Assembly (NCBI GenBank): GCA_964016885.1 | Contig: OZ024743.1 | Span: 20,026,001 to 20,090,000 of the forward strand | Reading direction: 5' to 3' | DNA: 64,000 bases | DNA from: Eledone cirrhosa | Lineage: Eukaryota | Part shown: positions 25,495-40,345 of the stretch, one piece after another | How positions within the stretch are numbered: position 1 is the first letter of the stretch | Layout: every line of letters begins with the position of its first letter | Notes under the pieces: generated by a model | Told to the model about the DNA's origin: nothing | The model's database searches: none | Seen by the model: only the letters and a program-made list of their open reading frames with translations | Translations under genes and position numbers: made by a program

Positions 25495-28400
25495 GACAAT
25501 GATGATGATGGGTGACGCAATGATGTTAGTGGTTATGTGGATGATGATGATGATGACAGTGGTGATGCTGATGTTGATGATGATGATGATGATGATTATG
25601 ATGACAGTGGTGATGCTGATGTTGATGATGATGAGGATGATGATGATGATGACAGTGGTGATGCTGACGTTGATGATGATGATGATTATGATGACAGTGG
25701 TGATGCTGACGTTGATGATGATGAGGATGATGATTATGATGACAGTGGTGATGCTGATGTTGATGATGATGAGGATGATGATTATGATGACAGTGGTGAT
25801 GCTGACGTTGATGATGATGAGGATGATGATGACAGTGGTGATGCTGACGTTGATGATGATGAGGATGATGATGACAGTGGTGATGCTGACGTTGATGATG
25901 ATGTGGATGATGATGACAGTGGTGATGCTGACGTTGATGATGATGAGGATGATGATGACAGTGGTGATGCTGACGTTGATGATGATGTGGATGATGATTA
26001 TGATGACAGTGGTGATGCTGACGTTGATGATGATGAGGATGATGATGACAGTGGTGATGCTGACGTTGATGATGATGTGGATGATGATTATGATGACAGT
26101 GGTGATGCTGACGTTGATGATGATGAGGATGATGATTATGATGACAGTGGTGATGCTGACGTTGATGATGATGAGGATGATGATTATGATGACAGTGGTG
26201 ATGCTGACGTTGATGATGATGAGGATGATGATTATGATGACAGTGGTGATGCTGACGTTGATGATGATGAGGATGATGATGACAGTGGTGATGCTGACGT
26301 TGATGATGATGTGGATGATGATTATGATGACAGTGGTGATGCTGACGTTGATGATGATGAGGATGATGATTATGATGACAGTGGTGATGCTGACGTTGAT
26401 GATGATGATGATTATGATGACAGTGGTGATGCTGATGTTGATGATGATGAGGATGATGATTATGATGACAGTGGTGATGCTGACGTTGATGATGATGTGG
26501 ATGATGATGACAGTGGTGATGCTGACGTTGATGATGATGAGGATGATGATTATGATGACATGGTGATGCTGACGTTGATGATGATGTGGATGATGATGAC
26601 AGTGGTGATGCTGACGTTGATGATGATGAGGATGATGATTATGATGACAGTGGTGATGCTGACGTTGATGATGATGAGGATGATGATGACAGTGGTGATG
26701 CTGACGTTGATGATGATGAGGATGATGATGACAGTGGTGATGCTGACGTTGATGATGATGATGTGGATGATGATTATGATGACAGTGGTGATGCTGACGT
26801 TGATGATGATGAGGATGATGATGACAGTGGTGATGCTGACGTTGATGATGATGATGTGGATGATGATTATGATGACAGTGGTGATGCTGACGTTGATGAT
26901 GATGAGGATGATGATGACAGTGGTGATGCTGACGTTGATGATGATGATGTGGATGATGATTATGATGACAGTGGTGATGCTGACGTTGATGATGATGAGG
27001 ATGATGATGACAGTGGTGATGCTGACGTTGATGATGATGAGGATGATGATGACAGTGGTGATGCTGATGTTGATGATGATGAGGATGATGATTATGATGA
27101 CAGTGGTGATGCTGACGTTGATGATGATGATGTGGATGATGATTATGATGACAGTGGTGATGCTGACGTTGATGATGATGAGGATGATGATGACAGTGGT
27201 GATGCTGACGTTGATGATGATGATGATTATGATGACAGTGGTGATGCTGACGTTGATGATGATGAGGATGATGATTATGATGACAGTGGTGATGCTGATG
27301 TTGATGATGATGATGATGATGATGACAGTGGTGATGCTGATGTTGATGATGATGATGTGGATGATGATTATGATGACAGTGGTGATGCTGATGTTGATGA
27401 TGATGAGGATGATGATTATGATGACAGTGGTGATGCTGACGTTGATGATGATGATGTGGATGATGATTATGATGACAGTGGTGATGCTGACGTTGATGAT
27501 GATGAGGATGATGATTATGATGACATGGTGATGCTGACGTTGATGATGATGATGATGATGATGACAGTGGTGATGCTGACGTTGATGATGATGAGGATGA
27601 TGATTATGATGACAGTGGTGATGCTGATGTTGATGATGATGATGATGATGATGACAGTGGTGATGCTGATGTTGATGATGATGATGTGGATGATGATTAT
27701 GATGACAGTGGTGATGCTGACGTTGATGATGATGAGGATGATGATTATGATGACATGGTGATGCTGACGTTGATGATGATGATGATGATGATGACAGTGG
27801 TGATGCTGACGTTGATGATGATGAGGATGATGATTATGATGACATGGTGATGCTGACGTTGATGATGATGATGATGATGATTATGATGACAGTGGTGATG
27901 CTGACGTTGATGATGATGAGGATGATGATTATGATGACAGTGGTGATGCTGATGTTGATGATGATGATGATGATTATGATGACAGTGGTGATGCTGACGT
28001 TGATGATGATGAGGATGATGATTATGATGACAGTGGTGATGCTGATGTTGATGATGATGATGATGATTATGATGACAGTGGTGATGCTGATGTTGATGAT
28101 GATGATGATTATGATGACAGTGGTGATGCTGACGTTAATGCTGATGTTGATGATGATGATGATGACAGTGGTGATGCTGACGTTGATGATGATGAGGATG
28201 ATGATTATGATGACAGTGGTGATGCTGACGTTGATGATGATGAGGATGATGATTATGATGACAGTGGTGATGCTGATGTTGATGATGATGATGATGATTA
28301 TGATGACAGTGGTGATGCTGACGTTGATGATGATGAGGATGATGATTATGATGACAGTGGTGATGCTGATGTTGATGATGATGATGATGATTATGATGAC

Positions 28401-29425
28401 AGTGGTGATGCTGATGTTGATGATGATGAGGATGATGATTATGATGACATGGTGATGCTGACGTTGATGATGATGATGATGATGATGACAGTGGTGATGC
28501 TGACGTTGATGATGATGAGGATGATGATTATGATGACAGTGGTGATGCTGACGTTGATGATGATGAGGATGATGATTATGATGACATGGTGATGCTGACG
28601 TTGATGATGATGATGATGATGATTATGATGACAGTGGTGATGCTGACGTTAATGCTGATGTTGATGATGATGATGATGACAGTGGTGATGCTGACGTTGA
28701 TGATGATGAGGATGATGATTATGATGACAGTGGTGATGCTGACGTTGATGATGATGAGGATGATGATTATGATGACATGGTGATGCTGACGTTGATGATG
28801 ATGATGATGATGATTATGATGACAGTGGTGATGCTGACGTTAATGCTGATGTTGATGATGATGATGATGACAGTGGTGATGCTGACGTTGATGATGATGA
28901 GGATGATGATTATGATGACATGGTGATGCTGACGTTGATGATGATGATGATGATGATGACAGTGGTGATGCTGACGTTGATGATGATGAGGATGATGATT
29001 ATGATGACATGGTGATGCTGACGTTGATGATGATGATGATGATGATGACAGTGGTGATGCTGACGTTGATGATGATGTGGATGATGATGATGATGACAGT
29101 GTTGATGCTGACGTTGATGATGATGATGATGATGATGACAGTGGTGATGCTGATGTTGATGATGATGATGATGACAGTGGTGATGCTGACGTTGATGATG
29201 ATGATGAGGATGATGATTATGATGACAGTGGTGATGCTGACGTTGATGATGATGATGATGATGATGACAGTGGTGATGCTGATGTTGATGATGATGATGA
29301 TTATGATGACATGGTGATGCTGACGTTGATGATGATTATGATGACAGTGGTGATGCTGACGTTGATGATGATGATGTGGATGATGATTATGATGACAGTG
29401 GTGATGCTGACGTTGATGATGATGT
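25495..29425. repeat. 3.9-kb GAT-derived minisatellite
   Basis: Variable unit of roughly 30-48 bp: gacagtggtgatgctgacgtt(gat)n[gag|gtg](gat)n[tat](gat)n. Confidence 0.98.
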
Positions 29426-30485
29426 ATATTTATCTATATATAAACATTCAAACTTTGCTCCATATTGCAGTTAAATATAAACGACTTGTTTTGATTTTCC
29501 AGCTTTGTTTTTTTAGACATCATATTGTTTAGATTTATTTAGTGTGACATTTAGAGTAACATTAGAGGAGACATTTTATTCTGTGGATGAATGTACTACT
29601 TACTCTGTAATTTAGATACTTTCTTCATTAACAAAAATATATATAAACTTACTTGATATTTTTCTGTGTATGCATAAATTATTTTTCATTTACCCCCTTT
29701 AACTCAAAAAATAAGATAACCCTTATTAATCCTTTTTCTTTATTCAAAGAGAAGAACTAGCTTGGTCGGTGTAGTATCTATATTAATTTCCGTTTTTATC
29801 TTTTCCTATTATTTTTTCTTTATGTTTATTCATTTGATATTTTTTCCTTAAATATCAGTTGATTATGCAATTAGGTTAAATTGATACACCCAATAAATAA
29901 TACACATAATCAACTTAATATGCCTGCAAAATACATGTTAATAACTTGCTATCAAGCTTGCATTTATTCTGTGTTTGAAAAGGTTGCTTGAAATTACATT
30001 CCTGTAAAGAATATTTATCTATCAAAATTTTATTGCTTCTTGTCTATAGAGGTTTTTTTATTGCTTAATTCATTATGTTTTAAGCCTACTCTGCTCCACC
30101 AAAAAGGGTATGTATGCATGCAAGCAAGCATGTATGAATGTATGTATGTATTATGTATGTATGCATGCATGCGAGTATGTATGCATATATGTGTTTGTGT
30201 GCATGTGCTGTGTATATATATATGTCAATACATAGTATTGACAGTCGCAAGAATGACTACTGAATACTGTGGTAGAGATTAATTATTATATTAAGGTCAA
30301 GTCAGAGTCCTGTTGCTGTGGAGTTTCCCCTGTGGGTTTACAGGGCCAACAGGCAAGATGGTTTTGTCAGATGACCCTGTAAAGAAAGAAAAAAAGAAAA
30401 CATTAGATAAATAGAGAGATATAGATGGATAGTGAGAGTCATATAAATGAATAGCTAGGGAGATAGTGTGATATATAGATAGATA

Positions 30486-30511
30486 AAGAGAGAGAGGGAG
30501 AGAGAGAGAGA

Positions 30512-30594
<83 letters not shown>
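30486..30594. repeat. (GA)n microsatellite
   Basis: Read directly. Other simple repeats include 1418-1595, 38880-39020, 39420-39480, 48345-48460 and 61913-61997. Confidence 0.98.
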
Positions 30595-30596
<2 letters not shown>

Positions 30597-31451
30597 TGGT
30601 AGAGATAGAAAGATAGATAGATATATTTGAGGTGGAGCAGAGTGTACTCAACATACAATGAACTCTTAAAGAAATAATATATAGATATATATGCATATAT
30701 AAATGTGTGTGTGTGTGTGTATATATATATATGTGTGTGTGTGTGCGGATGTGTGAGTGTGTGTGTGTATGTGTATGTGTATACTCTTTCACCTTTCCCA
30801 GCCCATGGGCTGTGACCATCCTTGAGGCACCTATGTGTATGAGTGTTATGTGTGTTGATGAGTACATGCATGTGAGGTCTGTATATACATATGTATATAT
30901 AAGGTTGAGGTGTATATGAAAGGATATAGATTATGGTTACATGTAGTAAAGATACAAGAGTGTCTCTGTGAATGTTTTGGTTGTTATCAAGTCATAGTTA
31001 TCTCAGTTTCCATTGAGAATGTCAGAGAGCTTTTGCTGCATTTTTATCTGTGACATTTACTCACTTAGCATTGAGGCAAGAATACTCTAGAGCTCATATG
31101 GTTTTTTGCATGAGATGCTTGTTTGTATGAAATTGTTTCTACTTTTGGCACAAGGCCAGCAATTACCCCAGTGCATTACTGGTGCTTTATTTTATCGACC
31201 CTGTAACAATGAAAGGCAAAGGTAACCTCAGTGAGATTATATAATGCACATATGATAAGCTAGTACTGATTAACAGATGAGTATCTCCAGCCTTATAAGC
31301 TTTAGCTCATTATTCTCCATGTTGAGTGAGTAAATCTCACTGATGACAGATAACAATCCAGAAACAGCTGACTGACATTCTTACCTACAATTAAGAAAAC
31401 TGATCATGACTTAAACATTCATAGCAAGTCTCTTGTGCATTTACTATACAT

Positions 31452-33905
31452 AAACATGGTGGTGGAACAGTAAGGTGGAGGGGTCAATTAAGGCCAAAAA
31501 GCAGGCTTGGAAAGTATGGCGGGATGGGGGAAGCAGAGAAGACTATCAAGTGGCCAGGAGGGAAGCTAGGAGACAAGTGTACTTCGCAAGAAGGGAAGCA
31601 GAGGAAAGAAAGTTCAAGCATGTTCTACAACGTGAGGACCAAAAACGTGAGGTGTTCAGGATTGCTAGGCAATGTGTCAAGGAAAACAGTGATATTGTCG
31701 GGGAGAAGTGTGTACTTAACGATGACGGCATACTTGCCATCACCGACGCCGATAAGAAGGTAGCTTGGAAGTGTCACTATGAAAGGCTACTAAATGAGGA
31801 GAATAAATTGGAGAAAGACAGTCTCCCCCACATCGACCCAATAGAGGGACCAGCAGTGTTAGTCGAGGGTAGTATAATAAGTAAGGCAATCAAAGATATG
31901 AAGACAGGCAAGGCGGCTGGGCCTTCGGAAATAGTTGCCGAGATGCTGAAGGCATCTGGTACGGTGGGACACACCATGGTCACCCGGATAGTCAACCAAG
32001 TCATACAGAATGGGGTTGTTCCGAAGGACTGGCGTAGCAGCATTATCGTTAACTGTTATAAGGGTAAAGGAGATGCCCTAGATAGGAGTAACTATAGAGG
32101 CATTAAATTAATCGACCAGGTCATGAAGGTCACGGAAAAAGTAATAGCGCAACTAATCAGAGAGCGAATTGATCTAGATGAAATGCAGTTCGGGTTTGTG
32201 TCAGGTAAAAGTACCACAGACGCTCTTTTCATTGTACGACAACTACAGGAGAAGTACCTAGCTAAAAGTAAACGCCTATACTTAGCTTTCGTCGACTTGG
32301 AGAAAGCCTTCGACAGAGTCCCCCGTTCCATTATCTGGTGGGCTCTTAGAAAACTAGGTGTTGATGAATGGCTTGTGAGAGCTATACAAGCCATGTATAA
32401 AGAAACAGTCAGCAAGGTTAGAATTAACAACGAATATAGTGAAGAGTTTAGTGTAAAAGTTGGTGTTCATCAGGGCTCTGTTCTTAGCCCCCTACTATTT
32501 ATTATTGCCCTCCAGGCTATAACAGTGGAGTTCAAGACCGGCTGCCTATGGGAACTCCTATACGCAGATGATCTAACGCTATAGCTGAATCAATGGCCGA
32601 GCTAGAGAAGAAATTCCAAACATGGAAGCACGGCCTAGAATCAAAAGGCCTTAAAATTAACCTGGCTAAGACTAAAGTTCTAGTTTGTAAGAAAGAAAAT
32701 AAGGCGGCGGTCCCCTCCGGGAAGTGGCCATGCCCAGAGTGTAGGAAAGGTGTAGGTAGAAATTCCATTTTGTGTCCCAAATGCAAAGTTTGGGTTCATA
32801 AAAGATGTAGTGGGATCACAGGTAAGCTAACTAAGAACATAGATTTTACATGTGGCCGGTGTTCTGGGGCAATAAGTAGCAGCAAGTGCCCACAAAATAC
32901 TAGCTCTTTCAACTGCGCAGAGGGTTCTATAGAAATAGTGGACAGCTTCCGTTACCTGGGTGACAAAATCAGCAGTGGGGGAGGGTGCTCTGAAAGTACA
33001 GTAGCTAGAGTCAGAACTGGGTGGAAAAAGTTCAGAGAGCTTATACCACTATTAGCCGCTAAAGGGTTCTCCCTAAAAATGAAAGGCAGGTTGTACGATG
33101 CCTGCATACGAACAGCAATGTTGCATGGCAGTGAGACCTGGGCATTGTGTGCAGAGGATATACGCAGACTAGAGAGAAACGAAGCTTGCATGCTCCGCTG
33201 GATGTGTAATAGTAATATACGTGAACGACAAAGCATAAACGAACTAAGGAAAAAATTAGAAATAAGAGGGATCAGATGTTGTTTACTAGAGAGAAGGCTA
33301 CGTTGGTATGGTCACGTGATGCGCATGAAGGACGATAGCTGTATAACAAAGTGCAGGGCAATAAAGATAGACGGTAGCCACGGAATAGGCAGACCCAGAA
33401 AAACCTGGGACGAGCTGATAAACTCCGACCTCACACACTTACACCTCACCAAGACAATGTCACTGGACCGAGACCTTTGGCGGTACTCAGTAATAGAGAA
33501 GACCCGCCTTACCTAAATACAAAGTAAAACCTACTACAGTCAGTAGGCATCCCTAACAAAATACGCCCCCGTCCCACCACCCCCACCCCATCCACACCGC
33601 CCTCTTCTATGTAAAGTTATGATGGTGCCACACTATCCAGGCCGAAACAAATGAGATCGTGTAGGTGTCACAACAAAAAAACACACAGTCCACGCTGTAA
33701 TGTGGCCATGTAGGCAACACGGTAAAAACCTCCCAGACCCACACTGTAAATGTGGTTGGTGTTAGGAAGGGCATCCAACTGTAGAAAACCTGCCAGACAG
33801 TCCTATGCGAGCAAGACAATCACTCTTGCCTCAAGTGGGAAAACCCCCGTCCAAACCCATGCAAGCGTGGAACACGGACGTTAAACGTTGATGATGATGA
33901 TGATG
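31452..33905 (+). mobile_element. RTE-clade LINE, 5'-truncated (subfamily C)
   Basis: ORFs 31475-32584 (YADD) and 32593-33516 (PHD, GRPRKTW), split by a frameshift. ~380-nt 3' UTR and (GAT)n tail. Confidence 0.97.
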
Positions 33906-34342
33906 AAACATATTGTATATGCTTTTATACACACACATATTTTTTGTTATATATATATATATATAGTGAAAAGGTCAAAATTGACTAGAAATTAGTGCTG
34001 GTGATTTAGATTTTAGTTGTGTTGTAATAATGAACTAGTTACCAAAATAACCACTGATTTACTCTCCAAGCAATAGAATGAATAATATTATTTCTGGCAG
34101 AAATTGGGCTGTGGAATCTAATGGCCTAGAGAAAAAAATGAAGCTAATTATTCCACTTTGTTACACTATTTTAGCTACAATAGAAAATTATATGGTGTAA
34201 GTCTGAAAAACAGAATCCAAACATTTTGCAGACACCTGACACATGCGCGAGCGATATATGAATGTTTTTGGAGATAAACTTGTGAGCCAAAACCAATGGA
34301 TAAATAGCTGAAGATTTTTACAACCTTTACAACTGATTTTTT

Positions 34343-34386
<44 letters not shown>

Positions 34387-34879
34387 TATTTATCATGATT
34401 CCACTCAGAGCAAAAATTGGACAGGTTGTCACAGACTGAGTTAGCCACTGCATGCTCAGGTGGGCCAAGGGCTTGCATCTCACATATGTTTCTGCACTCT
34501 ACCAAGTACCAAATGAGCCAGGAGTCCACAGCTCACTTACATTCTTGCACTCTGCCACATGCATTTTATTATGGCCTGTTGGCTGGATGTCCTTCATGAT
34601 GCCAAGCACATTACAGCATGCTTTATATCCTATCACTATCCACTCTATTGCATTGGCTGAATCTATTTCATCATGCCACCAGCACTATACAGGTCATCTG
34701 ACTGGACCCTGTGTCAGTTTTAATTCGGAGAGACTCTTCTCTTAAGCAGGTTGCCTTCACTAAGTTTTGCAAAGTCTATGTTTACTCCATGCAGTCTTAG
34801 TTATTCAGATATTCAGAGTGACTACTCTTCGAGATAGGCTGCCCTCTCTGCAGCTTACAGAGCCTATGTCTACTCTCTC

Positions 34880-34940
<61 letters not shown>

Positions 34941-34945
<5 letters not shown>

Positions 34946-37268
34946 TAATAAAATAACAGGAGGCTGGACTTGTGTAAATCCTTGAAAGGTTTATTATACT
35001 ATGATCATTTCAATGACCGGGTTCTGTATGAATCCGGTGATATCATCAGGTATTCGAAATATAATAAATGAATGTAACAGATAAAATCCATAGAGCGGAA
35101 AATCATAGACCCAAGGGCGACCGACCATCTAGCATCTTTCACTTTAACCAGTCACCCTCAAGTGCTGCCCATTCGGCCTACTTAAGGCTATCTGGATGAG
35201 GGGGCTAAAGCTTATAGTGTGCTACTAACCTCCCAGTCAAAGAGAAGAAAAACAGAAAGGAAGAAGAAGAAAAGTCAGCGTTAATGTCATGCTACAAGAA
35301 AAAAGACAGAAAGAAAGAGGAAGAAAAGTCGGCATTAATGTCATGCTACAGTCAGGCCAGGAATTGCAGCGAAAAATGTTATTCTAAAGGACCCGTATCC
35401 TAACAGAGGTATATATTATAACAGAGGTATATATAGTGGGGATCTACATGGTATAATGTGTGAACAGAAGATTGGAACGTTAAATTTTTGTTTAGATTTA
35501 TAGGATGAAGTTAAAAAAATTAAAGATTAACATTATAAAATAAAAAAATTAGAAAATTGAAAATTTAACAGTTTAAAAAATGTTTTAAGGTTTTGTGTTG
35601 CGAGGTTTAGTTAAAGAAAGAGTATTTTATGAAGAAACTTTAATTGTATTATAGAGATCTTCTATAAGTTATCCGAGTGGGATATAGAGTAAAGATTATG
35701 TCCTTGTTTAGCAGTCAAACAGCATGTGGCGACTGCAGACTCTGGCCAGCCCTTCCTAACCACATGTCAGCCATTCTGAGTGAGATCGCCTAGTGAAAGA
35801 TATGGAAATCAATTTTTCCAAGCACTCTAGGAATGTATTCCAGGCTTCAGGTGTGCTAGTGGCAAGTCAGCCATCGTCGTTAGGCCATCGTTATACCAAA
35901 CGAGTACTATTAATTTAACGTTCCAATTTTCTGTCGGACTGTTGTGCTGGTTTTCCTGGCTGCAAGGCTCCTGGTGCATAGGCCTACCTTGAGTGCTTGG
36001 AAAAATAAATTTCCCCTTCTTTCGGTAAATGAAATTACCCAGAATGGCTTGATTTGCCCCGGGGCCTGCCGCGCAGCCATTTTTTGACCACCATATAGTA
36101 CCTTTAAATTCTAGGCCTAATCATAACTATTAGCTGTATCATGCCTCCCTCTACTTAAACAAATCCCCCTCCTGTGTAAATTAATAGTACTCGTTTGGTA
36201 TAACGATGGCCTAACGACGATGGCTGACTTCCCACTAGCACACCTGAAGCCTGGAATCCATTCCTAGAGTGCTTGGAAAAATTGATTTCCATATCTTTCA
36301 CTAGGCGATCTCACTCAGAATGGCTGACATGTGGTTAGGATGGGCTGGCCGGAGTCTGCAGTCGCCACATGCTGTTTGACTGCTAAACAAGGACATAATC
36401 TTTACTCTACATCCCACTCGGATAACTTATAGAAGATCTCTATAATACAATTAAAGTTTCTTCATAAAATACTCTTTCTTTAACTAAACCTTGCAACACA
36501 AAACCTTAAAACATTTTTTAAACTGTTTAATTTTCAATTTTCTAATTTTTTTATTTTATAATGTTAATCTTTAATTTTTTTAACTTCATCCTATAAATCT
36601 AAACAAAAATTTAACGTTCAATCTTCTGTCACACATTATACCATGTAGATCACCACTATATATACCTCTGTTATAATATATACCTCTGTTAGGATACGGG
36701 TCCTTTAGAATAACATTTTTCGCCGCAATTCCTGGCCTGACTGTAGCATGACATTAATGCCGACTTTTCTTCCTCTTTCTTTCTGTCTTTTTTCTTGTAG
36801 CATGACATTAACGCTGACTTTTCTTCTTCTTCCTTTCTGTTTTTCTTCTCTTTGACTGGGAGGTTAGTAGCACACTATAAGCTTTAGCCCCCTCATCCAG
36901 ATAGCCTTAAGTAGGCCGAATGGGCAGCACTTGAGGGTGACCGGTTAAAATGGAAGATGCTAGATGGTCGGTCGCCCTTGGGTCTATGATTTTCCGCTCT
37001 ATGGATTTTATCTGTTACATTCATTTATTATATTTCGAATACCTGATGATATCACCGGATTCTTACGGAACCCGGTCATTTCAAGGATTTACACAAGTCC
37101 AGCCTCCTGTTATTTTGTTATAATATTTAACTCTGTACTCGCACCACCAACTACACAAATGAAGACGGTTGAGCTGCTTTACGTTGAGTACTCTCCATAT
37201 TATTACATCAAGATTGACCATACGAAATTGACCAGCTCTATCCAGTGGTGAACCTTCAAACCTAAATA
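34941..37268. mobile_element. 2.3-kb fold-back element in (TA)n with hammerhead (Penelope-like, non-autonomous candidate)
   Basis: Near-identical inverted arms at about 34943-35916 and 36178-37123, a ~260-bp spacer and a unique tail at 37124-37268. TA tracts on both sides and no credible ORF. Confidence 0.85.
34996..35053 (-). ncRNA. Type I hammerhead ribozyme candidate
   Basis: atac-CTGATGA-tatcaccgg(...)ccggtcatt-GAAA-tgatca-TA-gtat. Stem III palindrome atgatcat, AUA site, imperfect base of stem II. Confidence 0.7.
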
Positions 37269-37332
37269 TATATATATATATACATTTTTTAAAAAAAAAT
37301 TTTTTTATATTTCGCTCTACATGGCTGAATAC

Positions 37333-37802
37333 AATAAATGAAATCTGAGTTTTTTGAATAGTAATAATAATATTCGATCCGTTTGCAATTATGCAAACAA
37401 GCCTCGCTTTTAAAACATGTCAGTAGAATGAGCCCCTAATTCTTGCTCTTATGTTCGCATGTAAACAGAACTGCAGACACTAATGTTCCTGGGTATTACC
37501 CTTCATCAGTACAGCTCACTGCTCACCTGCTAACTGTCAGAGGTAGTGAAAATATATATTTTCTATAATATACAGTGACTGATCGGCCTGATTTGCATAT
37601 TAGCAAACTGGCTGATCAGTCAGATCTGCAAATTAGCAGATCCACTGATCAACCAGATTTGTCTATCAGCTGACTGCCAACACAAGAGCAAAAATGAGGG
37701 GTTCATTCTACTGACATGGCTTTAAAAATGAGGCTTGCTTGCATAATTGCAAACGAATCGAATATTATTACTAATATTCGAAAAACTCAGATTACATTTA
37801 TT
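37333..37802. mobile_element. Fold-back element with ~120-bp inverted arms and an internal hammerhead relic
   Basis: Arms at 37333-37456 and 37679-37802. Minus strand 37471-37514: ctgta-CTGATGA-agggtaataccca-GGAA-cattagtg-TC-tgcag (one core change). Confidence 0.75.
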
Positions 37803-38881
37803 ATATATACATATCAATATAGAGAAATGTCGGAAGGTTGTAAAATATAAAACTTTGTTTATATTGTAAAGTAATGTATGATTGATTCAGGGATGTGTGT
37901 AAGAATTTAGCCTGTCTGTATTTGAAATGGGTTCAGTAAATATTTATCTTGTTCCTTACATTTGGAAATTAATTCTACTTCCAGAGTATTCAAAAATATG
38001 TAGTTATTAATATTTGAAATTTGCCAGTTATGCATAAACGGCATATTTTGGTTTCATTTCTGTATGGTGCAGCCCTTTCTTCTATGTGTCAGGATATATT
38101 TTTATCTGCTGTATTGCTTTATTTAAGTGCTTTATTTATTTCTATTATTCATTATTCTTGAATGACATATTTTTCACAAGGGACTGAGTTTCTTGATATT
38201 TCTAATAATGAGTTGAGGGATCAAAAGTATGTATCTTATTACTTCCATTAGATTATCTCCATCGACATAATGTACATGACAGCTGAGTCTACATAGCCAA
38301 AACTATTATGGTGATTTAGCCACATCTCAACTCAGGCAAATCAGACATATCATCAAAGACATTCAGGTAATCACAATACCATCTTTTTGTATAATAAAAA
38401 CTCTATTTTTGAATAGTATGGGAATTTAAGGAATATTTGGTTACGAATTCTAGAAAGTTGAGTGAGTACTTAGAGACAACCTAATTGTTACAGCATAACC
38501 TTAAATAGGTACCCTAAATGGTTTAGTTTAGCATTATAATCAACATTAGACTTGTGGAATTAACACATTAAAAGGTGTTTTGTTGGTTTGCTGAGTTGCA
38601 TTCAATTTCTCTTGTGGGAAAAGTCACCTGCAATAAAGCAGCATTGCTTCAAGGGTCTATTTTCTTTATATAAACTCAATACTATGTAGATTAAAGATAA
38701 TCCCTGGCCATAAAAATTCATATGTCTTATATAAGATTATGATTTTTTCTCATTCTAAAAAGATTATTGCAATTCTCATAAATACTATAAAAACATTTTA
38801 AAAAACATCTTTTTGACATTTTTTTTTCCCTTGCTGAAATATTTCCTCTAAATCTTTGTTTCTTTCTCTACATCTTTTCTC

Positions 38882-38916
<35 letters not shown>

Positions 38917-38922
38917 CTACCA

Positions 38923-39020
<98 letters not shown>

Positions 39021-39450
39021 TTCTTTCTGTTTCTAAATTTTTCTCTGTCATTGTTATATTCACAGTTTTTATATTTCCTACCTCACATTTCAAATGCTGC
39101 ATATTTGATAGTCAAAAGAATACAAAATGACTTGACAGAGAATGTTCTTACAAATACCCGAAAGAAAATAAAATAAATATAGTGCTAGAAATAATCAGTA
39201 AAATTCCATTATATACGATATCATTCATATTTATTCTAACAGCATCCATTCATATTTATTCTAACAGCATCCAGACAGCTCTGATATTTCCTTACAGTTA
39301 TTTTTTTCAGAATTTGCACCTGACTGATATCAAGAAAGCTAAAATAAAAACAAAAATCACAGCTTTTAGATAATACATTGGTATCAATCTCTCCAAAATT
39401 CTAGATGGTTGGGAAGAATAAACAAACAAACAAACAAACAAATAATAAAA

Positions 39451-39481
<31 letters not shown>

Positions 39482-39774
39482 GAACAGTTGATAAAAAAGC
39501 CAAACCTATTGTGATGAGATACAAATAGTAAAATTGATAGCAATGAACTCTTAGGAAAATACAATGAAAACAATTAATAATGGACTACAATCTGCAGGGG
39601 CATAAAAAATTACCCAAATTATTTCCAGAAGCACATGAAGTACAGTATGATTGAGAATTTAGATGGGAAAGTAGACAGGAATAATATATATGATTTATTT
39701 TTTTATGGGTGTAGTCTTCTTTCTCTCAAGATTCCAGTTTAATCTTCTGTTGTTTTCCTCAACAACAATATTTT

Positions 39775-40147
39775 CATCATCTTTGTCAATATCATCATCA
39801 TCATCATCAATATCAACCTCATTCCATTATAATAATCATGAACATCATTATTATTATCATCACTCTCAGGTACCCTCTCCACATCTTCATCTTTATATAC
39901 CCTACTATACCTTATGCAGCCATTTTATATTGCCGTCACCACCAACTTTATATCCATCATCATCAGCTTCTTCTTCTTCTTCTTCTTCTTCTTCTTCATC
40001 ATCATCATCATCATAGTCATCGTCATCATCATCATCATCATCGTCATCATCATCATCACCATCACCACCATCATCATCACCATCACCATCACCATCATCA
40101 TCATCATCATCATCATCACCATCACCATCATCATCATCACCATCACC

Positions 40148-40199
<52 letters not shown>

Positions 40200-40251
40200 C
40201 CACCATCATCGTCATCATCATCATCATCATCAATCATCATCATCATCATCG

Positions 40252-40284
<33 letters not shown>

Positions 40285-40313
40285 CCATCACCATCATCAT
40301 CATCACCATCACC

Positions 40314-40345
<32 letters not shown>

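Noticed and set aside
25495-29425. CRISPR-like repeat/spacer appearance
   Set aside because: The variable parts are only GAT runs, not unique spacers. The context is eukaryotic and there are no cas genes.
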